The position numbers were made by a program, and so were the translations under genes. A DNA stretch of 32,000 nt from Faecalibaculum rodentium (GTDB lineage Bacteria; Bacillota_I; Bacilli_A; Erysipelotrichales; Erysipelotrichaceae), in NCBI RefSeq assembly GCF_001564455.1, contig NZ_CP011391.1:390001-422000 (forward strand), written 5' to 3'. This document shows positions 7,859-17,315 of the stretch, in pieces. The notes below the pieces were generated by a model. It saw only the letters and a program-made list of their open reading frames with translations, was not told where the DNA came from and ran no database searches. Every line of letters begins with the position of its first letter. Positions within the stretch are counted from its first letter, which is position 1.

Positions 7859-7887
7859 TTGACATCCTGCAGTGATGCAGGTAGATT
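7859..7887 (+). promoter_or_regulatory. Promoter of the rplJ-rplL operon
   Basis: TTGACA (7859-7864), a 17-nt spacer, then TAGATT (7882-7887). Confidence 0.6.
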
Positions 7888-7893
7888 TAGGTT

Positions 7894-8036
7894 GTTATCG
7901 ATATTCCAAAGACAGTAACGGCGAAAGCTTAATCATGTTACCGAGGGACGCAGATACTTGTTTTTAAGTATGCAAGCCCGCGGTCCGCGGGCTTTTGTAT
8001 TTTGGATATCATGACGATAGAAGCAGAGGTGGAAGA
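7894..8036 (+). promoter_or_regulatory. Ribosomal protein L10 leader (L10/L12-responsive attenuator type)
   Basis: This is a roughly 140-nt structured leader directly upstream of rplJ. It ends in the terminator hairpin AGCCCGCGG-TC-CGCGGGCT plus TTTTGTATTTT (7975-8003), just before the rplJ SD. That matches the Firmicute L10-leader architecture. The assignment rests on position and architecture, not a covariance-model score. Confidence 0.6.
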
Positions 8037-8564
8037 ATGAACAAAGACATCCTCGCGCAGAAGGAAGCTGCCGTCAGCGCCCTGACGGACCGCATGAAAG
8101 ATGCTGCCAGCATTGTGCTGGTGGAATACCGCGGTCTGACAGTGGCTGAAGTGACGGAACTGCGTAAGCTCCTGCGTGCTGAAGACGTCGACCTCCAGGT
8201 CTACAAGAACACCATCGCACAGCGTGCAGCCCGCTCACTGGGCTACGATGCCTTCGCCGAAGTCCTGAAAGGACCCAACGCCCTGGCATTCGGTGCCGAT
8301 CAGGTTGCACCGGCGCGTGTACTGGCGAAGTTCGCCAAGGATCACGACAAGCTGATCGTGAAGAACGGTGTTGTGGACGGTGCAGTCGTCGACGAAGAAA
8401 CCATCAAGACACTGGCAGCTCTCCCCAACAAGGAAGGCATGCTGGCGCGCTTTGCATCGACCCTGAACGCTCCGGTCATCAAGTTCGCGATGACTGTGAA
8501 GGCACTGGCCGAAGCCAAGGAAAACGGCGGAGCAGCCCCGGCCGAAGAAGCGGCTGCCGAATAA
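8037..8564 (+). CDS. rplJ: 50S ribosomal protein L10
   Basis: MNKDILAQKEAAVSALTDRMKDAASIVLVEYRGLTVAEVTELR... SD AGAGGTGGA precedes ATG 8037; the ORF-track start 7995 lies inside the attenuator. Confidence 0.96.
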   Translation: MNKDILAQKEAAVSALTDRMKDAASIVLVEYRGLTVAEVTELRKLLRAEDVDLQVYKNTIAQRAARSLGYDAFAEVLKGPNALAFGADQVAPARVLAKFAKDHDKLIVKNGVVDGAVVDEETIKTLAALPNKEGMLARFASTLNAPVIKFAMTVKALAEAKENGGAAPAEEAAAE

Positions 8565-8579
8565 CAGGAGGAAATCAAA

Positions 8580-8948
8580 ATGGCTAAACTGACACAGGAA
8601 GACATTCTGGCATATCTTGAGGAGGCAACCATCCTCGAGCTGAACGACCTGGTAAAGGCGATCGAAGACAAGTTCGGCGTTGTGGCTGCTGCTGCAGTTG
8701 CTGCTCCGGCTGCTGAAGAGACAAAGGATGAAGGTCCGTCCGAAGTAACGGTTACCCTGACATCCGTAGGCGGCACCAAGGTTGCTGTCATCAAGGCTGT
8801 CCGTGAAATCACCGGTCTGGGCCTGGTAGATGCGAAGAAACTGGTTGACGGCGCTCCCGCTGCGATCAAGGAAAACATTTCTCCGGAAGAAGCCGATCAG
8901 ATCAAGGAAAAACTGATGGCTGCCGGTGCAACTGTCGAAATCAAGTAA
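8580..8948 (+). CDS. rplL: 50S ribosomal protein L7/L12
   Basis: An Ala-rich hinge followed by the C-terminal domain [27 protein letters not shown]... Confidence 0.97.
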   Translation: MAKLTQEDILAYLEEATILELNDLVKAIEDKFGVVAAAAVAAPAAEETKDEGPSEVTVTLTSVGGTKVAVIKAVREITGLGLVDAKKLVDGAPAAIKENISPEEADQIKEKLMAAGATVEIK

Positions 8949-8968
8949 GATCTTTCTTGCTGACTTTC

Positions 8969-8996
8969 AGGCTCGGACTCTTCCGGGCCTTTTTTG
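8969..8996 (+). terminator. Rho-independent terminator after rplL
   Basis: GGCTCGG (8970-8976), loop ACTCTT, CCGGGCC (8983-8989), then T6. Confidence 0.7.
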
Positions 8997-9009
8997 TATA
9001 ATGAGAGAC

Positions 9010-9699
9010 ATGGATCCGATACAGATTGAACAGCTTTCAAAGCGCTATGGTCAGACGACGGCCCTCGCAGGATTTTGCGCCATCATACCCGCGGGGTCCA
9101 TTACAGTGGTCTTCGGGCCCTCCGGTTCGGGGAAAACGACTCTGCTGCGTATTCTTGCAGGACTGGAACAGCCGGAGGAAGGCACAGTGCAGGGGATTCC
9201 GGAGAGCGTGAAGATGACTTTCCAGGACGGAAAACTGCTGCCTCATGCCACGGTGCTGCACAACGTCATGTATGGTCTGGATGCCCGCCGGTGGTCCCGG
9301 CAGGTGCGGGAGCAAAAGGCGCGCCAGGCCATGGAACTCTGTGGCTGTCCGCCGGAAAACCAGGTGGCCGGCACCCTGTCCGGGGGACAGAGGCAGCGGG
9401 CTGCCCTGGCCCGAGCGATCGTTTCCCGGCCGGATCTGCTGCTGCTGGATGAATCGTTTTCCTCTCTGGATCAGGCTTCGAGGAAGGAACTTCAGACGGT
9501 CCTGCTCAGGCTGCAGGCCAGACTGCATATGACGGTTGTGTTTGTCACCCATGATCCGCAGGAAGCGCTGCGGCTGGCCGATACCCTGATCCTGCTGAAG
9601 AACGGGACATGTGCGGGCTGCCATGACCGGGATACGATGCAGGAGGCACTGGCAGCGGAATCCGGCGAAGGACAGGACCCGGATCATGAAGGGAAGTGA
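9010..9699 (+). CDS. ABC transporter ATP-binding protein (NitT/TauT-like), with no cognate permease in the window
   Basis: Walker A GPSGSGKTT, Q-loop MTFQDGKLLPH, signature LSGGQRQRAALARA, Walker B LLLLDES, H-loop VTHD. The start is either ATG 9010 (MDPIQIEQL) or ATG 9001; neither has a good SD. Confidence 0.88.
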   Translation: MDPIQIEQLSKRYGQTTALAGFCAIIPAGSITVVFGPSGSGKTTLLRILAGLEQPEEGTVQGIPESVKMTFQDGKLLPHATVLHNVMYGLDARRWSRQVREQKARQAMELCGCPPENQVAGTLSGGQRQRAALARAIVSRPDLLLLDESFSSLDQASRKELQTVLLRLQARLHMTVVFVTHDPQEALRLADTLILLKNGTCAGCHDRDTMQEALAAESGEGQDPDHEGK

Positions 9700-9752
9700 C
9701 TGCCCTGCGTCCGTGTTCTGCCTTACGGTGAGGCGGGACGAAACAGCGCAGC

Positions 9753-9790
9753 AAAAAAGGAGCATGAACCGGCATGCTCCTCTTTGCTGT
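9753..9790. terminator. Bidirectional terminator between the convergent ABC ATPase and HAD genes
   Basis: GGAGCATG-AACCGG-CATGCTCC (9759-9780), flanked by A6 on the left (U6 for the - strand) and TCTTTGCTGT on the right. Confidence 0.65.
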
Positions 9791-9850
9791 ATGATCTGCT
9801 TCCGACGGCTGCAATGGAAATGCCGCAGTCCGGTCGTGCCGTCCGGGCGG

Positions 9851-10663
9851 TTATTCCCCGGCTTCCTGCGCCAGGATCTGCTTGACGGCATTGTAGATCC
9901 CGTCGTGATAGACATCGGTGGTTTCTATATCCGCAAAGCTCTTGACGTAGTCCGTGGCGCTTCCCATGGCCACGCCGATGCCGGCTTTTTCCAGCATCTG
10001 TGTGTCGTTGGTGGAATCGCCGAATGCGATGGCATCCTCCCAGTCCAGACCTTCGTAGTCAAGGACTGCCTGAATGCCTTCGGCTTTGTCTGTGGCACTG
10101 TTGAAGATGTCGTAGGCAATGCCTTCGGTCTTGATGTTGATCAGATCCGAGCGCAGATTGGGGTGTGCTTCCATGAAGGCGTCCAGGCCTGCAGGATCCT
10201 TGGTGAGGATCACGGCGTTGAATACTCTGTGGCGTTTGTGGAAGGAATGTGTCGGGTCGTAGAACAGACTGTCCAGCACATTGGCATATTTGGAAAAATA
10301 ATACATAGGATAGAAATCGTTGTAGATATAAGTGGCATCACCGAAATGGAACATCAGTCCATATTCGTTGTCCTTTGCCAGCTGCACAAGATCGTTGACG
10401 GTCCGCTGCACAATGGGGAAGGCGTTGATTTCATTGAGATCTCTGTCCAGGATGTAGCCGCCGTTGATCAGGACGTAATAATCAAATTCCACGCGGTCCA
10501 TGATCAGCTTCATCTGATTCAGCGGCCGTCCGGTGGCGGCCACGATTTTGTAACCCGCCTGGCGCAGCTGGTCAATGGCTGCCAGGGTGGATTCCTGAAT
10601 GATGTCATTCTCTGTCTGGTAGAGAGTGCCATCCATGTCGATGAACGCGATTTTATGTTTCAT
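9851..10663 (-). CDS. Cof-type HAD-IIB family phosphatase
   Basis: Motif I FIDMDGTLY, motif II ATGRP, motif IV GDSTNDTQML. 270 aa with a cap domain typical of Cof/YbjI-like sugar or FMN phosphatases. SD AAGGAGA lies 8 nt upstream of the ATG. Confidence 0.9.
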   Translation of the reverse strand: MKHKIAFIDMDGTLYQTENDIIQESTLAAIDQLRQAGYKIVAATGRPLNQMKLIMDRVEFDYYVLINGGYILDRDLNEINAFPIVQRTVNDLVQLAKDNEYGLMFHFGDATYIYNDFYPMYYFSKYANVLDSLFYDPTHSFHKRHRVFNAVILTKDPAGLDAFMEAHPNLRSDLINIKTEGIAYDIFNSATDKAEGIQAVLDYEGLDWEDAIAFGDSTNDTQMLEKAGIGVAMGSATDYVKSFADIETTDVYHDGIYNAVKQILAQEAGE

Positions 10664-10769
10664 TGGTTAATTCTCCTTTATGTATCGATGTTATGCGGGG
10701 TTTTCAGCACCAATTTGTGCTTTTTGGGGCTTTTTGGGACCTTTCCGGATGTCCGTCTGTCACAGTCTG

Positions 10770-10775
10770 ATTATA
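10770..10775 (-). promoter_or_regulatory. Candidate -10 box (TATAAT on the - strand) for the HAD gene
   Basis: The reverse complement of ATTATA is a perfect TATAAT about 107 nt upstream of the HAD ATG. The -35 is weak. Confidence 0.3.
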
Positions 10776-10949
10776 GCGCACCCGGGAGCTGCCTGCAGTG
10801 ATGGGACATGAGGGAGCGGGTTCATTCACGCACTCCGGTTCCTTCACAGCAGGGAGGCAGGAGAGCCCCAGACAGAACCGGAACCGGCGGCATGGACCCT
10901 CATCTCCTGCAGGCGAAGAGGGGACGCTCTGCCTGCCGCAAATTTCCTG

Positions 10950-10979
10950 TTGCATTCTGGCATTATCTTCTGCTATACT
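10950..10979 (+). promoter_or_regulatory. Promoter of the rpsL-rpsG-fusA-tuf (str) operon
   Basis: TTGCAT (10950-10955), an 18-nt spacer, then TGcTATACT (-10 at 10974-10979). A leader of about 95 nt follows, containing the hairpin GGCTC-TGCAAAC-GAGCC-TTTT. Confidence 0.55.
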
Positions 10980-11081
10980 GCTACCCGTACGCAAAGGCTC
11001 TGCAAACGAGCCTTTTCTATCGGGCCATCAATGAACCGCCCGGGTTCGTGTACCACATATGATCAGAAAGGAGATCACCTG

Positions 11082-11495
11082 ATGCCTACAATCAACCAGT
11101 TGATCCGCAAAGGCCGCAAGGCAGGCGAAAACGTCTCCAAGTCACCGGCTCTGAACCGCGGATACAACTCCCTGAAATCCCGTCCGACCAACCTGTCTTC
11201 TCCCCAGAAGCGCGGTGTCTGCACCCGTGTCGGAACAATGACCCCGAAGAAACCTAACTCCGCTCTCCGGAAATATGCCCGTGTCCGCCTGTCCAACGGC
11301 ATGGAAGTCACTGCATACATCCCCGGCATCGGCCACAACCTGCAGGAGCACTCCGTAGTGCTGATCCGCGGCGGCCGTGTCAAGGATCTGCCTGGTGTCC
11401 GCTACCACATTATCCGCGGCACACTTGACTGCGCCGGCGTTAACGACCGCAAGCAGTCCCGCTCCCTGTACGGTACAAAGAAGCCGAAGAAGTAG
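11082..11495 (+). CDS. rpsL: 30S ribosomal protein S12
   Basis: [13 protein letters not shown]...[19 protein letters not shown]... SD AAAGGAG precedes ATG 11082. Confidence 0.97.
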   Translation: MPTINQLIRKGRKAGENVSKSPALNRGYNSLKSRPTNLSSPQKRGVCTRVGTMTPKKPNSALRKYARVRLSNGMEVTAYIPGIGHNLQEHSVVLIRGGRVKDLPGVRYHIIRGTLDCAGVNDRKQSRSLYGTKKPKK

Positions 11496-11511
11496 GAAGG
11501 AGATCTGACAC

Positions 11512-11982
11512 ATGCCGAGAAAAGGACACATTGCAAAACGTGACGTTCTGGTGGATCCCATTTACAACTCCAAGCTGGTTACCCGCCTGATCAACAAGAT
11601 CATGCTCGACGGCAAGCGCGGAACAGCCCAGAACATTCTGTACAACGCCTTCGACATCGTCGAAGTGAAGACCGGCAAGCAGCCGATGGAAGTCTTCGAA
11701 CAGGCCCTGGAAAACGTGATGCCCCAGCTGGAGCTGAAGCTGCGCCGTGTCGGCGGTGCCAACTACCAGGTGCCCGTGGAAGTATCCGATGAGCGCCGTC
11801 TGACGCTGGGTCTGCGCTGGCTGGTGAACTACGCCCGTCTGCGCAACGAAAAGACCATGGAGCAGCGCCTGGCAGCTGAAATCATCGACGCGGCCAACAA
11901 CACCGGAGCAAGCGTGAAGAAGCGTGAATCCGTCCACAAGATGGCCGAAGCGAACAAGGCATTCGCCCACTACCGCTGGTAA
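11512..11982 (+). CDS. rpsG: 30S ribosomal protein S7
   Basis: [40 protein letters not shown]... Confidence 0.97.
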   Translation: MPRKGHIAKRDVLVDPIYNSKLVTRLINKIMLDGKRGTAQNILYNAFDIVEVKTGKQPMEVFEQALENVMPQLELKLRRVGGANYQVPVEVSDERRLTLGLRWLVNYARLRNEKTMEQRLAAEIIDAANNTGASVKKRESVHKMAEANKAFAHYRW

Positions 11983-12003
11983 TTTCAAGGAAGGAATATA
12001 TAT

Positions 12004-14076
12004 ATGCCTAGAGAAGTCTCCCTGAAGGATACCCGCAACATCGGAATCATGGCTCATATCGACGCCGGAAAAACGACAACGACCGAGCGTATCCTGTACT
12101 ACACAGGCGTCAACCACAAAATGGGCGAGACCCACGATGGCGCCTCCACGATGGACTGGATGGCCCAGGAACAGGAACGGGGCATCACCATCACATCCGC
12201 GGCCACGACAGCATTCTGGAAGGGTCACCGGATCAACATCATCGATACTCCGGGTCACGTGGACTTCACTGTCGAAGTAGAGCGCTCCCTGCGCGTGCTG
12301 GACGGTGCGGTTACGGTTCTGGATGCAAAGGCCGGCGTAGAGCCTCAGACCGAGACTGTATGGCGTCAGGCTACGGAATACAACGTTCCGCGTATCGTGT
12401 TCGTCAACAAAATGGATGCGATCGGTGCAGACTTCATCATGTCCTGCAACACGATCGTTGACCGTCTGGGCGCAAAATCCTGCCCCATCCAGCTGCCGAT
12501 CGGTGCCGAAAGCACGTTCAAGGGCATCGTGGACATCATCGAGCGCAAGGCCGAGATTTACACTAACGACCTGGGTACAAACATTGAAGTCACGGATGTT
12601 CCCGAAGACCTGCAGGATCTGACGGAAGAATACCGCATGAAGCTGCTGGAATACCTGGCAGACTACGATGAAGACTTGATGATGCAGGTCCTGGAAGGCG
12701 AAGAACCCTCTGTGGAGGAAATCAAGCGCGTCCTGCGCATTGCTGTCTGCAACGGCGACTTCTTCCCGGTACTGTGCGGTTCCGCCTACAAGAACAAAGG
12801 TGTACAGATGGTTCTGGATGCCGTGGTTGACTACCTTCCCAGCCCCCTGGACATCCCGTCAATCAACGGCACGACCCTGGATGGCGAAGCCGAGCAGCGT
12901 CACGCCTCGGATGACGAGCCGTTTGCAGCGCTGGCGTTCAAGATCGCTGCCGACCCCTTCGTAGGCAAGCTGTCCTTCTTCCGCGTCTATTCCGGAAAGG
13001 CAACGGCAGGCAGCTACGTCCTGAACTCCACAAAGAACAAGAAGGAGCGCTTCGGCCGGATCGTGCAGATGCACGCCAACGCCCGAAAGGAAATCTCCGA
13101 GGTTTATGCCGGTGACATCGCTGCGGCGGTCGGTCTGAAGAACACCACGACAGGCGACACCCTGTGCGATGAAAAGAATCCGATCATCCTGGAGTCCATG
13201 GAATTCCCGGAACCCGTGATTGAGCTGTCCCTGGAACCCAAGACAAAGGCCGACCAGGACAAGATGGGTCTGGCGCTGGCAAAACTGGCGGAAGAAGACC
13301 CCACGTTCAAGACATATACCAATGAAGAAACCGGTCAGACCATCATCGCGGGTGTCGGTGAACTTCACCTGGACATCATCGTTGACCGTCTGCGCCGCGA
13401 GTTTAAAGTGGAAGCCAATGTCGGCAAACCGCAGGTAGCCTACCGTGAAACCATCCGCGACACCGCGGAATGCGAAGGCAAGTACATCCGTCAGTCCGGT
13501 GGTAAAGGTCAGTACGGCCACGTATGGATCCGCTTCGAGCCCAACGAAGGCAAGGGCTTCGAGTTCGTGGATGCTGTCGTGGGCGGTACGGTTCCCCGTG
13601 AATTCATCAAGCCGACCAACGAAGGCCTGGTGGATGCGCTGGACAACGGCATGATTGCCGGGTATCCCGTCATTGACATCAAAGCCACTCTGTTTGACGG
13701 TTCCTACCACGATGTGGACTCCAGTGAAATGGCGTTCAAAATCGCCGCATCCATGGCGCTGAAAGAAGCTGCCAAGAAGTGCAAGCCTGTTCTGCTGGAA
13801 CCCATCATGTTCGTGGAAGTCACCGCTCCCTCTGAATACCTGGGTTCTGTCATGGGCGACGTTTCCAGCCGCCGCGGCCAGATCACTGAGCAGGAAGAAC
13901 GCGGCAACGCCGTGATCGTCCGTGCCATGATCCCGCTGTCGGAAATGTTTGGCTACGTCACGGATCTGCGTTCCTTCACACAGGGCCGCGGCAACTACTC
14001 CATGAAGTTCGACCACTACTCCGAGGTTCCCAAGAGCATTTCCGAGAAGATCATCAAGGAAAGCGCGTCCAACTAG
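12004..14076 (+). CDS. fusA: Elongation factor G
   Basis: 690 aa. G1 [10 protein letters not shown]3 DTPGHVDF, G4 NKMD, and full EF-G domain order. Confidence 0.98.
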   Translation: MPREVSLKDTRNIGIMAHIDAGKTTTTERILYYTGVNHKMGETHDGASTMDWMAQEQERGITITSAATTAFWKGHRINIIDTPGHVDFTVEVERSLRVLDGAVTVLDAKAGVEPQTETVWRQATEYNVPRIVFVNKMDAIGADFIMSCNTIVDRLGAKSCPIQLPIGAESTFKGIVDIIERKAEIYTNDLGTNIEVTDVPEDLQDLTEEYRMKLLEYLADYDEDLMMQVLEGEEPSVEEIKRVLRIAVCNGDFFPVLCGSAYKNKGVQMVLDAVVDYLPSPLDIPSINGTTLDGEAEQRHASDDEPFAALAFKIAADPFVGKLSFFRVYSGKATAGSYVLNSTKNKKERFGRIVQMHANARKEISEVYAGDIAAAVGLKNTTTGDTLCDEKNPIILESMEFPEPVIELSLEPKTKADQDKMGLALAKLAEEDPTFKTYTNEETGQTIIAGVGELHLDIIVDRLRREFKVEANVGKPQVAYRETIRDTAECEGKYIRQSGGKGQYGHVWIRFEPNEGKGFEFVDAVVGGTVPREFIKPTNEGLVDALDNGMIAGYPVIDIKATLFDGSYHDVDSSEMAFKIAASMALKEAAKKCKPVLLEPIMFVEVTAPSEYLGSVMGDVSSRRGQITEQEERGNAVIVRAMIPLSEMFGYVTDLRSFTQGRGNYSMKFDHYSEVPKSISEKIIKESASN

Positions 14077-14088
14077 CTCCGGTTTCAG

Positions 14089-14117
14089 TTGCCTTTATTC
14101 AAAGGCTGCAATAAAAT
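14089..14117 (+). promoter_or_regulatory. Candidate internal promoter for tuf in the fusA-tuf spacer
   Basis: TTGCCT (14089-14094), a 17-nt spacer, then TAAAAT (14112-14117). The spacer contains the hairpin GCCTTT-ATTC-AAAGGC. Confidence 0.45.
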
Positions 14118-14155
14118 GATTAGGACCGGATATTTTCAAAACAGGAGGAAATCAA

Positions 14156-15340
<1,185 letters not shown>

Positions 15341-15350
15341 CCTGAAACAC

Positions 15351-15372
15351 AAAGCCCTTCGGGGCTTTTTTT
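15351..15372 (+). terminator. Rho-independent terminator after tuf
   Basis: AAAGCCC-TTCG-GGGCTTT plus a T-run. The flanking ACACAAA/TTTGTGT could extend the stem. Confidence 0.8.
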
Positions 15373-15451
15373 GTGTTTGTCCACAGGCATTGAAAATATC
15401 TTACATATCTTTGAAAAATGTACGAAAATGACAAAGGGAACCCATAATTCT

Positions 15452-15489
15452 TTGACAATACGTTTCAATCGTGTTTCCATAAAATGGAA
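15452..15489 (+). promoter_or_regulatory. Candidate promoter and operator palindrome upstream of the permease
   Basis: TTGACA (15452-15457), a 17-nt spacer containing TGt, and a weak -10 TTCCAT (15475-15480). That hexamer is the left arm of the perfect palindrome TTCCAT-AAA-ATGGAA (15475-15489). Confidence 0.3.
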
Positions 15490-15509
15490 CGATGAGAAAG
15501 GAGTTCAGT

Positions 15510-17141
15510 ATGTCCAACAATACGGAAGCCAAAAACGTCAATACCAAAAGAATGACATGGTATACGCTGGCGTTTATGGCGTTCTCCACGGTATGGGGAT
15601 TCGGAAATGTCGTCAATGGATTCGGCTATTTCAACGGGACACAGGTCATCTTCTCATGGATCCTGATGTTTGTTCTGTACTTCGTACCGTACGCTCTGAT
15701 GGTCGGCGAGCTGGGATCGGCCTTTAAAAACCTCGGTGGAGGGGTCACCTCCTGGGTTCTGGAAACAACCAACCCGAAACTTGCCTATTATGCAGGCTAT
15801 ACCTACTGGGTCGTGCACATTCCTTATATTGCATCCAAGGGTTCCGGCGGTCTGAAGGCCCTGGCCTGGATGTGCCTGAAGAATTCCTGGTATGATGCTC
15901 TGCCCACATGGCAGGTTCAGCTTGCAACTGCGGTGGTGTTCCTGCTGTTCTGCTGGATCGCGACCCGTGGTCTGAGCGTTCTGAAGCCCCTGGCTTCTCT
16001 GGCCGGCACCACGATGTTTGCCATGTCGCTGCTCTACATCCTCATGATGTTTGCGGCACCGGCCATCAACCCGGCTGCCAGCTTCTCCAACATTGACTGG
16101 AGCTGGGAAAACATCATCCCGCAGTTCAACGTACAGTACTTTACATCGCTGTCGATCCTTGTGTTCGCTGTCGGCGGATGCGAGAAGATCTCTCCGTATG
16201 TAAACAAGGTTGAAAACCCGGCCAAGAACTTCCCGAAGGGCATGATCGCGCTGGCCATCATGGTCATGGTCTGCGCCATTCTGGGTACCATCGCCATGGC
16301 TCTGGTGTTCTCTCCGGTGACCATGACAGTGGCAGCGGATGGAACCATCGCCGGTGCAGAAGTGACTGCCGGCAGCTCTTTCCAGGTATTTGCCCTTGGC
16401 CAGAATGCACAGACGATCAAGGATGCAGTGGCTGCAGCCGGTTCCGCCGGTGTGGATCCTGCCGTGATCGATGGATGGGTAACTGCACAGACCGGTCAGG
16501 ATTTTGCGATGGCCATGACCAGCACAGGCTTCATTGCCAACGGTCAGTACGAAGCCATGCGTGAGCTTGGCGGCCTGTACCACGTCGGCAACCTGTTTGT
16601 CATTCTGTACGGTGCCTGCAACGCCATCGGCCAGTTCTCCACTCTGACGCTGTCCATCGACGCGCCCCTGCGGATGCTGCTGGATGACGAAAACGCACGT
16701 CAGTATGTTCCGAAAGCACTGCTCAAGCAGAACCGGTTTGGTGCCTACACCAATGGTATCCTGCTGATCGTTGTTCTCTCCGGTGCCATCATTGCCATCC
16801 AGCTGATGGGATCCGGCGCAAGCGACGTCATCGCATGGCTGACCCGTCTGAACTCCGTCTGCATGCCGATGCGTTATCTGTGGGTATTCTTCGCCTACAT
16901 CATGCTGCGTAGACAGAGTGCAAAATTCCCGCGGGAATATGAATTCGTCAAGAACAACGGCGTGGCCCTGTTCTTCGGCTTCTGGTGCTTCTTCGTTACG
17001 GCAGCCTGCTGTCTGATGGGAACCATTGACCTGAGCGATATGGGCCGGACAGTTCTGAACATCGCCGCTCCGATCGTGTACCTGCTCCTGGGTATGATCA
17101 TGCCCATGATCCGCAAGCGCGAAGACGAAAAAGGCGCGTAA
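15510..17141 (+). CDS. Amino acid permease, APC superfamily (YjeM / glutamate-GABA antiporter-like)
   Basis: 543 aa and polytopic. The N-terminus KRMTWYTLAFMAFSTVWGFGNVVNGF resembles the YjeM-type APC signature. SD AAAGGAG lies 6 nt before ATG 15510. Substrate is not inferable from sequence alone. Confidence 0.8.
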   Translation: MSNNTEAKNVNTKRMTWYTLAFMAFSTVWGFGNVVNGFGYFNGTQVIFSWILMFVLYFVPYALMVGELGSAFKNLGGGVTSWVLETTNPKLAYYAGYTYWVVHIPYIASKGSGGLKALAWMCLKNSWYDALPTWQVQLATAVVFLLFCWIATRGLSVLKPLASLAGTTMFAMSLLYILMMFAAPAINPAASFSNIDWSWENIIPQFNVQYFTSLSILVFAVGGCEKISPYVNKVENPAKNFPKGMIALAIMVMVCAILGTIAMALVFSPVTMTVAADGTIAGAEVTAGSSFQVFALGQNAQTIKDAVAAAGSAGVDPAVIDGWVTAQTGQDFAMAMTSTGFIANGQYEAMRELGGLYHVGNLFVILYGACNAIGQFSTLTLSIDAPLRMLLDDENARQYVPKALLKQNRFGAYTNGILLIVVLSGAIIAIQLMGSGASDVIAWLTRLNSVCMPMRYLWVFFAYIMLRRQSAKFPREYEFVKNNGVALFFGFWCFFVTAACCLMGTIDLSDMGRTVLNIAAPIVYLLLGMIMPMIRKREDEKGA

Positions 17142-17169
17142 AGGCACGTATAAGAATTGCTCATTATAA

Positions 17170-17195
17170 AGGGAGACTCCGGTCTCCTTTTTTTC
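17170..17195 (+). terminator. Rho-independent terminator after the permease
   Basis: GGAGAC-TCCG-GTCTCC (17172-17187), then T7. Confidence 0.8.
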
Positions 17196-17315
17196 ATAAG
17201 GGAGGGATCCTGTTTCAGAGACCGCTTCTTTGCCCCGTGCCGTGGGGTGCCCGACGGACCTCGGGGGACAAAGGACGCGGGAAATGCTAAACTTTCTAAT
17301 GGAGGAACTTACACT

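Noticed and set aside
9037-10801. ORFs antisense to the ABC ATPase (9037-9915, minus strand) and to the HAD phosphatase (9611-10801, plus strand, 396 aa).
   Set aside because: The sense genes carry complete Walker/signature motifs and complete HAD motifs respectively. The antisense translations have no motifs and no SD.
17228-17274. A GC-rich imperfect palindrome (CTTTGCCCC...GGGGGACAAAG with inner CCGT/ACGG) between the permease terminator and the aminopeptidase gene.
   Set aside because: It has no U-tract and matches no known riboswitch or leader motif that I recognise. It overlaps a weak candidate promoter (GGGACA-17-TGcTAAACT, 17265-17293). The evidence is too thin to call it a regulatory element.
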